Shown here one piece after another: positions 1-12,944 of a DNA stretch of 64,000 nt. A program made the translations under genes and the position numbers. Under the pieces are notes generated by a model. It had not been told where the DNA came from. It saw only the letters and a program-made list of their open reading frames with translations, and made no database searches. The DNA is from Octopus vulgaris. Its lineage: Eukaryota. The stretch spans positions 124,000,001-124,064,000 of the forward strand of contig OX597820.1 of NCBI GenBank assembly GCA_951406725.2, in the 5' to 3' direction. Each line of letters begins with the position of its first letter. The first letter of the stretch is position 1.

Positions 1-1009
1 ATTGCCTGACCTAATATATATATAATATCAAGATAAATTCTTCTATGTCGACCGCCAAATTAAGGCTCTCATAATATCAAATTAAAATGAACGTTTCTGT
101 CAAAGGCTACAATATGCGAATCTCTCAGATATATATCGCTTAATATATTTCCATATCAGCATTAAAATGCTTACACTCATATAAACACGAACAGAGATAC
201 ACTTATACACACATATATTGAATGTTATGTACGTGTGTGACATATTACTCTTATGAACATTAACATTTTTTTTCTGTTAACTGTTACTCGATTACAATAT
301 TTTCGTACCGATCTAATTGAGATAGAATGTATGGGGATTCAGAGCGTTTCCATTAATCATTGCATATACATATATATCATCGCTCAAATAGTTATCGATG
401 AAACGGTAAAATCGGGCCATAAATAAAAGGCAGAACAACATAAATGTAATAAAATCATGCTTGGGGAGAACATCTGTATATCATCTTTAGAATAATAACA
501 ATCTTGTAAGTTCAAGAAACGTATTACAAATTTCTAAGTGCTAAAACCATTTTTATTACACCTTTCTCGAAAAATATACCATTTTTGTTTTAAAAATATC
601 GAAATGTATTGCTGAACTATATGCCTGTCTGCTGCTTCGAGGTGAACGATTTAATGAGTAAAATGTTAATGCTTCAAGCAATATTTTCCAACAATAATTT
701 TGTTTCGTCCACTGTACATGAATTGTGATTACTTCTTATTGTAAATTCATCCTGAACCGACGACAAAACGTTCTACGTCTGTCACTTTGGCGCTTTGTTT
801 TATATCAAACTACAGGGAGGTTATTTCATAAACTGGACTGAAAAGACTTGAGAAAGTGTCGAAAAATGTCCATTGTGTTCATTGCCTTGACACTGTCTAA
901 CTAGGCACTCGATCAGAAGTAAAAAAGGATAGAGGAATAAAAATAAACCAAGGTCTAGTGATTCAGATTGCATTTGCGTTTTTTACTAAGTGCAAGAGTT
1001 TCGGCAATC

Positions 1010-2600
1010 AGGTGACTTCACTGTGGCAAACGCAACAATCTCGATATTCATAATAGAAATGGCTATTATGTTACTCTTAACGCGAAAACTTCAGAGGCAC
1101 AGGTCTCCTTCACAGCTGGCATGAATACTTGACAGATGTTCTAAATTAAAGTTCTATATTACATCATACAGTTTACCATCAGATTTGAGACGAAGTTTAT
1201 TGGTTTGATGAGAACTCGTGTATAATCGAAAGGCTCCTGCATAGAAAGATCAACAAAGCAGTTCTGGACAACCTCCCAAATCAAACCCTAGCAGAATTAG
1301 TGATGACCTCTTCTGTATGAGTAACTACCCACGAGATCTAGGTGAATATTTTAAAGTCCGTTTCTTTATTAAGATATAAATCATATACGGCTGAAATATT
1401 TCTTTTATAACGACCGAAAATTCATCAGATATCCCATATCTATAGAATAGCGTCTCTAAAACAACAGTGTACAAGGAAGAATGCCTCATCCAGTGAATAC
1501 GTTTCTAAAATTCTCATCATCTAATAAGTTGAGGTATCACCGTAATTTACTGCAAGTAGTGTTCTTCGCAAAATGTTAAAGACCTAGAAATATACTGAAA
1601 TGGGGAGAATTCAAACATAAATGGACAAGGTACGGTCTGCACATGACAAAAATACCTCTTCAAAGTTGCTTGGCTGGAACTTTGATATTGGAAGATAGCT
1701 AAATTTGTTATCGTGTATAAAAACGAAAGGACAAATTTCTTTCATTAGACTATGCGTTTTTGATACTTTTATTTTATTGAAAGTCTTGTTACATTCTAAG
1801 ATTCAACAATTGGTCTCATTGATTTCAAAACCGTCATACGCGAATCACAGTGCTTCGTATAATGCAGCTTCGAAGTAAATATAAGTATTACCATCTGAAG
1901 GTGTATATGGAATTTCTAGATATATCAAAAACACCTGTACAAATGAAACACATGTGAAATATTTTCATGAAGTTTGAAGGTCTTGTTATAGAGAAAGAAG
2001 GAAGTGAAAGCGAGGATAATTTAAACTTCTTGCTCTAACCGAAGATAGAACAGCACAAATATATCTGAACAGCCATTGGTCTACTGCATGCCAATGCCGG
2101 CTTTGTAGTAGTTCATAGTTAAGGTGCTCTATGGGCTATCATCTGAAATTCTGTCATTTCTGATGAAAAGAGTTCTCACAAATAAGGTGCAAAAATGGGA
2201 AAATAAAACATATTCTCTTTATAATTCCTAACGGGAAAGCATTGAACGAGAAGTTTACAACCTGTTACATACATGCCTCTCTAACTTACTCAAGGTAAAA
2301 AAAGAGAAGTAATGTTTCATTTCAATCTCCATACCAAGCAATTTGTGTACCGGGCATTCTGTGTTCCTATCCTCTATATGAGTGAGATATAAACAATATA
2401 AATTGAACATAATAAATTGCAGAAGCATTTTTATATGCTGTTTCTCTACAACATTCTCTCAGTGACCCGACGGAAAAAGAATGTGTACGTAGAACATTTT
2501 TGTCGATCGGATAAAGCAATGAATCGACACACCAGAGGAGCATCGGGATTTATCGACCAGGTTTCATATATTCGTGAACTATGAATGGCCAAAGAATGGG
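1010..2600 (+). mobile_element. Ancient, heavily decayed RTE-clade LINE (RT region)
   Basis: Hand translation gives collinear RTE-like peptides: WHEYLTDVLN (1117-1146), KINKAVLDNLPNQTLAELVMTSSV (1246-1317), AEIF (~1390), F-I-x-Y-A-F-D-T (~1741-1767), NLHTKQFVYRAFCVPILY (2324-2377, cf. TKLKVYRAVVLPTLLYG). Many stops and frameshifts. Confidence 0.7.
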
Positions 2601-3192
2601 TATGCTACGAATGCAATTTTCAGTATATTCAAATAATTTGAATTAAGTATATATAGGAATCTTTATACAAACCTATGTAAAGCTAATTTCAGAGATACCA
2701 TATTTGGTTCAGGGACTTGTCAAAATCTACTGTTTCAAAAAGAAAACCTAACATTCAATTGCATTATACGAATATGAATTCCACACATTTCCTGATAATC
2801 TTCAAATATTTTCTTTTGCAGAAATACATTAACAGTGCTGCATTTTAAAACAAATTTGCAATTGCGTATTAAATGCAGTAGATTAAAATAGAGGATGTAT
2901 AGATAAAAAAACAGGCAGTGAAAAAGTATGTAATTGCCAATATAATTTAAATTGATATTGCCAAGATTTTCTTTAGCTTTATAAATGAATATTTTTTTTA
3001 TAGTACTTAGAAATACAATTTTTAATAATAAGTGCATTAAGGTGAGCTACGGTTGTAGAACACACTTTATTCCCATAAAACTCTATGTGAACAGAATAAT
3101 TCAGAATATGTTACCTCACAAATACCTACCATCTCATCGGTATGTACCTTCCTAAATTATTTACTTATCAAGCTAAGATTCAGCACGCAGTA

Positions 3193-3377
3193 AAAGAAAG
3201 AGTTAGAGAAAGTTGTGGCGAAAGAGTACAACAGGGATCACCACCATCCCATGACGGAGCCTCGTGGAGGTTTTAGGTGTTTTCGCTCAATAAACACTCA
3301 CAACGCTCGTTCTGGAAATCGAAACCGCGATCCTACAACCGCCAGTCCACTGCCCTAACCACTGGTCCATTGCACCT
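3193..3377 (-). mobile_element. tRNA-derived SINE, family D (5' part)
   Basis: Minus strand starts GGTGCAATGGACCAGTGGTTAG...GGTTTCGATTTCC (A/B boxes); homologous to 43044-43346. Confidence 0.8.
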
Positions 3378-3381
3378 ATAC

Positions 3382-3468
<87 letters not shown>

Positions 3469-3512
3469 TGTGTGTGTGTGCATGTATGTATGTGTGTGTG
3501 TATGTATGTATT
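3378..3512. repeat. Compound microsatellite (TACA)/(TA)n/(TG)n
   Basis: Read directly. Confidence 0.95.
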
Positions 3513-4311
3513 TATGCTCAAAGACCGCGCCTTACCACTTCACTAGTCAAATATATTTGGAGTTTTGAGCTTAAAGAATAAGGATATTAGAAAATATAAG
3601 ACCAATTCGTTGGTTATTGAAGAAACGGTCCCCTATATTAGATGTTATAAAGCATGTGATCTCCGTCCTATAATATTGTCAGATACATTCATCTCTATTT
3701 ATTCAAATTCCAAGTATGCACTAGTAAAGTAGTTTAATGTACTCGTAACAAATTTACCAGAGACAGAAAAATAGAAGCATTCTTTAAACGCATTAATTTA
3801 TTTGTCGATATTATTCAATAATGAAAGAATCTAGCTTTTCCTACATAGCACTAAAGGCCTCATGTGCCTTTGAAGGTGAACAGATATGAGACGGGTTTTG
3901 CAAGGTTTTCTTCGGCAACCAATCATATTTCAATGTATATATAACAGGTAAATTTCTATATACCTTCAGATATTTTGGATTAAATATCACAGACTTTTCT
4001 AATACAGTACCTATAGACATCCATTTACGCCATGAATAATCTTTTGCCATGATTATGATGAAATGCATTCACCATTCGGCACACACGTACACACGCATAC
4101 ACACACACACACACCCAAACACATACGTACACACAGGTATGTATGCATTTAGGTATGCGAATGCAATATACAAAGCTGATAACATGAAATCAATTAGATA
4201 ACCAGCCAGGTGATAACGTTATGCATTATGATACAATTAACATTGAAATAACAATGGCATTGTGTATGTATGCATGTATGCATGTATGTATGCATCTATC
4301 TATCTATCTAA

Positions 4312-4362
<51 letters not shown>

Positions 4363-4819
4363 TACATATATATATACTAATACTAATTATGCCATACTAA
4401 TACAATTGTTCGTTTGTTTTCCACCTGCCTTCGTCTTTTGTTTATTTTCATAAAGCTTCCCGTTATATATATGTATATATAGACGCACGGAAACCCACGC
4501 ACATACACGAACACGAACATACGTATACACATTTGCAAATAGTAAAGCTTAAACATATGCATTAAGTATACATAGTAGAACGCAGTGATGCATTTATAAT
4601 TAAAATTATATGCACATACTTTATTTTAGATGCATACATGAATTGCTACGTACATTTAGCATGGATATATAAACATATAGATATTGTTAGACATGCACGC
4701 ACGTATATGTATACGAATGTACACACTCACACGCATACACACAGAGGCACACACTTACTTTCGTCCACATACATACACATACTCATGTGTACTTATATAC
4801 ACATATACATACACCTGCA

Positions 4820-4841
4820 TAATATATATATATGTATGTAG

Positions 4842-4932
<91 letters not shown>

Positions 4933-5174
4933 GCTATATATATATATATATAATATTTTTATTTATGTGTATATATATATCATAATACATGCATAATTAA
5001 AGTATATATATATATGATCGCGACTAAACACATATTTACATATATAAACCCGTTTACATATACATGAGTATCTGTATATGTATGCATGTGTACAGTTTAT
5101 AGTATACAAACACACATATATGTATATAGTTATGTATATATATATATATATGTATATATACACATAAATATATA

Positions 5175-5268
<94 letters not shown>

Positions 5269-5285
5269 CACATGTGTGTGTGTGT
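4820..5285. repeat. Long (TA)n microsatellite field
   Basis: Read directly. Confidence 0.95.
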
Positions 5286-5759
5286 ACCTGTATGCAGGCC
5301 CACACACGTTCATATTACATAGATGTTCAACATAGTTCGACAACAAATGTAACAGCATAACAAATGATATTTTCTACTTACACGAAGTCAAAGGTCTATT
5401 ATGCGACTAACAAATAATCAATTTTAATTTTTACTTCACTGGTTCCGAGTTCACCGTTACACTAGAGTATTTTGCGGTATATAGGTCTAGTACTGCGGAA
5501 AATACATTAACTCATATCTCACGCTTATTTCCCACCTTTCTCATTCTGTCTTTTGATTTCCATACTCTACTTAACCTTTTCAACCTAATATAATGTAGTT
5601 ACATATGGTGTCAATATGTACCTTTTTTTCTCGTTTTTCCCTCCCACCATCTGATTCGACACCGTCACCTTATCCATGGGCGCCTTTACAAGCGTCCACT
5701 CTTTTCGAAGCATATGTTCCACACTTTTATCGGATTGATCCTTTGGTCCTTCAACGCAC

Positions 5760-6516
5760 CATCAACTTGTAATATTCAAAATGCCAAAGTTCGTGAAGCA
5801 AAACCTCTGGACAATACTCCTTTTTTCTCTCCAATATTATGGGTATGCTTCTAACGTTCCTGCCTAGATCTTAGTCTTTGAACATCCCTTAATTGTCGCC
5901 TTAAATCAATTCCTATTTTCCAGGCTATACTCTGCATTGTAGCTTCAGTCGGAAATGTGTCTCTGCTTACATAAACTTCACTCTCCTAGTCACTTTCTCT
6001 TCTCAACTGGATAAGTAAAATAACACCGTCCAAACTGAAAGTCTTTTCCATCACTCGTCGAAATGTATCTGTCTTCTTTAAAGCTTCCCCAACACCCCAA
6101 ATCACCAGCTTTTCTTCCGTCATGTCTCCTACCAACGTCAACGCAGTTATCCGCACATCTTTTGGAAGTTACCGTTATTGGTGATTTCAACCGTCACAAC
6201 GTCTGGTGATTTGCTCGTGCTACACCAGTAACACTAGTAGAGAATTTGAATATTCTGCATTCTTCACCTTACCATATCAACCTGCTTCCCCTTCACACAC
6301 ATTATAGACTGAGAGACAGATATCCTGAATACACTTGGTCAGACTCTTTCATCGAAACTAAACCGCATTGATTTCCCTCCATGCCTTGCTATATATTCCC
6401 CGTCACGCATCCAAATTCCACACAGTGTCACCTATTTAATGTGCCTTATGGCGTTTCAAGTCTACCGCCAGTTTTATGCCAATTATATCTGACAGCATGT
6501 GCTTCATTCGGGCCCA

Positions 6517-6600
<84 letters not shown>

Positions 6601-6900
6601 TAGGTGGGTGGATGAAACGCTTTTTTGAGGTCTCATTCCACATCCAGCACTAACCAAAACAAACAAATTTCTATGGCGATAGATCGCAAAGGGACTTACT
6701 CCTTCATTGTTGCCATAAAGTTGTCTTGAATGAGAGACATCGATGCCGGGAAATTCTCACCCATCCTACATATTTGACCGCCTCGTTCTTGGTTTAACTC
6801 TAGTTCTGCTACCGGTTAGCTTGCTGTTCTTTTCTGCGACATTCTGACCATATGCCTATAGTACCGGGACAATGACAGCTCAATGCAGAGAAGTTCACCC
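5760..6900 (+). mobile_element. Decayed LINE, APE endonuclease region, interrupted by (GA)n
   Basis: FPGYTLHCSFSRKCVSAYIN (~5918-5977) and EVTVIGDFNRHNVW (6165-6206) match the APE GDFN motif context; (GA)n at 6520-6600. Confidence 0.55.
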
Positions 6901-7269
6901 TGGAGAGACTCTCTGATCTCTGAACTACGCACCGTCACAGTAAAACTACTCCAGAGATTATTCGGAACAGTTCCATTTCGGCCGCTTTTATAGAAAAGAC
7001 AGAGAGGAAAATGAAATTCATTTGTCTCGAATCTTGTTATCATGGTATACTTAAAAACATAGAATTAGAAAAAATGAAAATGGCCTTCTTCAAAATCTAG
7101 TTGTACTACTTTAAAATATTTAGATACAACCAGTATTTATATCACTATTTGTATTAACTTGGCAACACTGAATATATAGCAACTCTAAATTTTACTATAT
7201 GCTATGAAATACTGGCATTACTAACGATTATTATAGCACAAGAAATCACATGAAAACCCCTGTTAATAA

Positions 7270-7412
7270 TCTTTTCTATTCTAGTCACAAGGCCCGAAAG
7301 TTTTGGAGCGGGGCCCAATAGACCTCGGCGGAATTTGAACTCAGAACGTAAAGACAGACGAAATACCGCCAGGCATTTCGTCCGTGCTAACGTTTCTGCC
7401 AGCTTGCTACCA
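7270..7412 (-). mobile_element. SINE family B, internally deleted copy
   Basis: GACCTCGGCGGAATTTGAACTCAGAACGTA is the reverse complement of the 39120-39343 head. Confidence 0.75.
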
Positions 7413-8055
7413 TAAACCTCTCATAATAATGAAACACAGATGTCTGCGAACATAGAATAAGCTGTAAGAAAAACGTACGTTATTAACACAGACCACAAAT
7501 TTCCTATATCCTCTTTCAAATAAGCACTTTATATCAAATAAGTAAGTCATATATTTCATGTCGTTATATTAGGTTAAAATTTCATCCAGAATGATTTCAT
7601 GCAATAATCTTTCCCAAACTAATTGGGTTTCATGAGTTTGGAACAAGAGAATATTAGTTATAAATTGGTACAAGTATATTCATGGCAAATACTAATACAC
7701 TTTCATGCAATTTACGATCATCAATTACTGTTCTTCCATAACAAAGCCATTAGAGTTAAAAGCGTTGGAATGTGTCAAATACACTCTTCTGTATCAGAAA
7801 TTAGCATAAATAATATATTATATGCTGGAACGTCGGTTCTGTTATTCAAGAAAAGCATTACAAATCATGCAAATCATGACAGATTTTAATAAAAGGTGAA
7901 AGTAGATGAGCAAATGCTCTTTATAGGGTTTAATTTCACAATGCTATAAAATACACACACATTATATGTGCGTGGGTGTGTAATTGTTTGTGTTTGTGTG
8001 TGTGGGTAGTTGGGTGTGTGTGTGTGTTTATATATCTAGGAATCTATCTATAAAC

Positions 8056-8270
8056 ACGGTGAACTGGCAGAGCCGTTAGCACACTGCTAGACATTTTAGC
8101 GGCATTTAATCCAGATTTACGTATTCAGTTCTCATTCCATCGAGGACGACTTTGATACTTTCGGCCTTTCAGGTCAATAAAATAACTAGCAGAAAACACT
8201 GGGGTCGATTTAATCAACTAGTCGTCTCCTCTTCAATTTTAGACCTTATGCCTGTATGCCTGTAGAAAAT
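8056..8270 (+). mobile_element. SINE family B, old diverged copy
   Basis: GAACTGGCAGAGCCGTTAGCAC...CTGGGGTCGAT is collinear with 39120-39343. Confidence 0.6.
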
Positions 8271-8925
8271 AGAAAATAATTTCTATACATCTGTGTGCCT
8301 CTATGTCGTATATATTTATATACATATACATATATTTCTGTATGCATCTACAATTACATCTACCCATGCTGTGTGTACGCACGTATGTATGTATGCATGT
8401 ATGTATGTGTGAATATTTGTGTGAATGAGTAAGGATCATATTATTCATTTGATAAATTTTTAATTTTCGAAAATATTCTCTACAAAGTTTTTCGAAATTA
8501 GTACACGTATTCTTACACACAGGGGGCAAAGAGATAAAAAAACAAAAAAACAACCAGCAACCAGTATCACGGTCTGGATGAAATTTCCGAAATGTCTTCT
8601 TCATTTATCAGATGATCTTTATACGCGTTCGCCGTAATCTTCAGGATAATGGATTTGGATAAAAACATACACACACACGTACACATGCATGTGAATAAGG
8701 GCTATGGACGACAAGATACAGGCTGCAGAAAAAAGCATCTTCATGTTTCTGGATATAAAGCGACAACTAGGATCATCAATAGAATGCTACTTATACCAAG
8801 GTATAGATATGACCAACGTTGCAGGGGTCACTTGGTAAAGGGTGTATGATTTGTTATCAGATCGCGAAGTACTCAAAATACCCAGCGATTGCAGGATCCA
8901 AAACTGAAAATACATTTAGGACACC

Positions 8926-8961
<36 letters not shown>

Positions 8962-8963
<2 letters not shown>

Positions 8964-9225
8964 GCTCACAATCGGAAGGTGGTGAGTTCGATTCCCGATG
9001 GAGTGGTGTGTCTTTGAGCAAAGCACTTTTTTTTGGGGGGGGGGGGGCAAGTCCACTCACCTACCTGTAATTCATTTGAATAGCCTTCCTTGTTGCATTG
9101 TGTGCCACATTCAATCTCCCTGAGAAGTACGTTAAGAGTACGCGCATCTGCGGAGTGGTCAGCCGCTTGCACGTTCTGTTGATCGGATCAACTTGAACCC
9201 TCGTCGTCGTTATCGACGGAGTGTC
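8962..9225 (+). mobile_element. tRNA-derived SINE, family F (5'-truncated)
   Basis: B box GAGTTCGATTCCC followed by GTGTCTTTGAGCAAAGCACTT, a central motif shared with families C and E. Confidence 0.6.
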
Positions 9226-10162
9226 GTATGTATATATTTGCATTCTGATTCAATTCCTGAATGCATTTTCAGTGTCGTATATCACACACACAAACACACA
9301 CACATGCACACACACACACACATATATTATAACATAAAGTCAGGAATATTGAAAGGTAAGTAGTTATTTAACGATGTGATTTCCATAGGTTTAGGGCCGT
9401 TTCTGAACTTTCGTAGTATAGGATTAATTTCAGCATACTATGTGCACGTGTTGCATTCTTATCATAAGAATTGTATATTCCATATAATAAGGAAAACTGC
9501 TTCCTCGTAAATAGAGTAAACCGCTTCATCAGATCACCGGAAAATCATACTTACAGCAGAGGTTCGATTCTAAATATAGTCACAAATTTCAAAATACATG
9601 AAAGGCCGGAAGTAGACAAGACATATAGTGCTGAGCATAAATAATAAATGCAGACAAGACGTATATTCTGTTGAACGGTTAAATTCATACTACATTTTGG
9701 ACACTGTGAATCTATGATAGTCGCGTGATTAATAAATACCTATTCACCTCTCAGACCTGCACAGTTTATATTCTTTAATATATTCTTTATAGGATATTTT
9801 TTCTTGTTCGAATATTCTGGATTTTCAGTGGCACATGTACTTAACATTACTTTATTTTGTATTTGAATATTATGTGAACTGATTGAAAAATCCGTAAGAG
9901 GAACTTACATTGATCGCTGCAATTCATATACTACACGAAATTTGGCTGAGGTGACCGTGTAGCTCGAAATCCGGTAGAATTAGCGCCCTTAGCAGACACC
10001 CCTTGTCTCCCAACGATTAAAATGTAAGTGCGTTTTATATAACATGCATCAATATTACAGGTGATATAAAAGCAAATAACGGACTACTCGGTGTTCTGAG
10101 AAAGAATCCACATTAAGGACATAAATATTGCTTCGGCTGCTGCCAAGTGTAAATATATATAT

Positions 10163-10223
<61 letters not shown>

Positions 10224-10577
10224 GATATATATATATACATACATACATATATATATAGGCATATTCTAAATAGAGATATTTGTTTGTAGGGTTTCGTATT
10301 CTGAGAAATATCCCTGTGATGAGTAGATGAATATGTATTTCCAGCTATCTCTCACCCCCTCTCCCTCTCTCTTTTTCTCTCCCCCTCTCTCTCTTTCTAT
10401 ATATTTATACACTCTTGATATATAATACATAATATATATATAATATATACGCTCATATATGTATTAATACATGCCTTTGGATATTTATATCTATATACAC
10501 ATGTTAATATGTATGTATATATATATCATATATATACCCACATGTATATGTATATATATATATATATATACATATAT

Positions 10578-10653
<76 letters not shown>

Positions 10654-10760
10654 ACTTCAAATATTTCGTCTTAAAGTATGTTGTACTGAATCAATGTCTA
10701 CTCTATAATTAGTATCATTGTATACATAGACAAGTTCCAATTATTTAACTAGAACTTCGT

Positions 10761-10799
<39 letters not shown>

Positions 10800-10844
10800 T
10801 ACATACATACATATATAAATATATATATATGCATACATACATAC

Positions 10845-10918
<74 letters not shown>

Positions 10919-10946
10919 TTTATATTCCGCCTCTCGATTTGATTCA

Positions 10947-10947
<1 letters not shown>

Positions 10948-11030
<83 letters not shown>
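10948..11030. repeat. (TTA)n microsatellite
   Basis: Read directly. Confidence 0.95.
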
Positions 11031-11033
<3 letters not shown>

Positions 11034-11329
11034 CAAGAGAGGGTCTCCTTAAATCTTCACGAAATCTATATCGTTAGTGTATGAAAACATTTTCCAGGTG
11101 TTTATTAATGCCAAGGTTTACTTCAAACCTATTCATTTCCACTTGCGAACGAAATGTAACAATTGGAACGAACCAATAATCTATGCCATCAATTGAGACA
11201 TTCGTTATAATTATATGTTGCCAAACAAATAAATATACACATACTCACAACGGCTCAGGAGGCTTCCAACAATCTCTCTCGTACACTTATATTATTAACT
11301 GAAACTTCACTGACCTACTTACACAGTTC

Positions 11330-11372
<43 letters not shown>

Positions 11373-11534
11373 GGGAGAGAGAGGGAGAGTGAGAGTGAGA
11401 CACATATAGACAGGTGTAAGTATAATACGTATAACTGCATAAGCGTGTGTAAATGCATATATGTGTATATATGTAAGTACATATGTATACACACTCACAT
11501 ACATACATAAATATATATATATATATATACACAC

Positions 11535-11584
<50 letters not shown>

Positions 11585-11741
11585 CAAAGGAATTCCAACT
11601 CTGTTTTTTATGTTTTATTTACATTCTTTATAAAATTCATGTAGAATATAGAATATATGGAACATATAGTATAAATAGTAAAATGAAATGAAATATTGAT
11701 TGTCTTATTGAATAGATGAAATGCTGAATATCAAATATTAA

Positions 11742-11785
11742 GGGACTAGTATACTTTCTTGCATTTAAGCAGTCTTCAAGGTCCC
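11742..11785 (-). ncRNA. Type I hammerhead ribozyme-like motif (core variant)
   Basis: Minus strand: GGGAC-CUUGAAGA-CUGC UUAAAU GCAA-GAA-AG UAUA CU-A-GUCCC. 5-bp helix I, palindromic helix III AGUAUACU, CUA triplet; one extra U in the core. Confidence 0.6.
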
Positions 11786-11806
11786 ACGTTGTGACAGGAG
11801 TGTTTC

Positions 11807-11862
<56 letters not shown>

Positions 11863-12944
11863 AAACGTCTGGTGTGTGTTGCGTGCCGTTACTAATAAAT
11901 GAAAAACTGCATTGTAAATATACAGTGACATAAATAAACTTACACGTATAAAACCTAGGGGTTCCCTTTTTCTTCATCAGATTTGTAATACTTACTTTCT
12001 AGTCCTGTTTTTGCTGTATTTTAGTACACACTAGACTTCTATTCTGCTTTTTTGGCACTTGTTTCACTTGGGATAATATTTATATTCAAGTATATCTATG
12101 TCATGCCTAAAATTTACTATTCTTTCACACTCTTCTCATACAGTTTGGTTTTGTTCCAACTTAGAGAGGAATCTTGTTCTTACTTCTGCGTCTTTTCTGC
12201 AGTTAGTCTCTGAGTAAATATCGGCACTTGAACATATTTGGCGTTAAGTTTAAACATTCGTCCAGTTTGTACTTTTCACATTCTCTGTTAACTCTACCAG
12301 CATTTGTGATGTAGTTCTCTTCCTCTTTTCTTGGTTCAAACATTTCCAACGTATATTTAACAACGAGCTTTTATAACTAAAAATTGTACACGATATGGCT
12401 GTTGTATCTTTAGAATTTATGTCAGAATGGTTTTTCGGAAGTACGTAATTGCTGTATTGTTCATGTTCTTCTGCAGCCAATTTTTTGTTAAGATTAAACA
12501 TGTTTTCATATCGTCGTCCCAACCTTTGCACTCTTTATTGAAGATTTCTCCGTATCTTCTGCAGTAAGCTATGAAAGTAACTCCTTCATCTTCTTCGTAC
12601 TTAAATTGTTATCGCATTTGCAACAAAATCTGGCGAGAACATTTTCTCAGCATTTGTTGCAGTAATAGCAATTGTTGTTCATTCAGTTGTTGTTGTTGTT
12701 GTTGTTGTTATTGCTGGTGCTGCTCCTGTAGTTGTAGCTACTACTGGTGTTGTTCTTTCACTTTTTCTCATACAAATCTCGCGCAAAAAACAAAAATAAA
12801 CAACTTTATTGAGTTTCGTAATTCCTCGTCGCCACTGTTGTACTCTTAATGCCGGAATGTTATAACGCCACTCTGCTATAGCAGTATAGTTAGTAACACA
12901 AGTGAGACCACGACTGTGTATGACCATCTACTGCGTACTCTGTT

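Noticed and set aside
2735-3037. 100-aa minus-strand ORF
   Set aside because: AT-rich composition and no recognisable motif.
9945-9980. CTGAGG...CTCGAAATCCGGTA hammerhead-like stretch
   Set aside because: Core and helices are too degenerate to support a call.
12000-12930. Minus ORFs 12250-12531 and 12679-12927 as a LINE ORF1 or host gene
   Set aside because: Plausibly TE-derived, but no diagnostic motif recognised.
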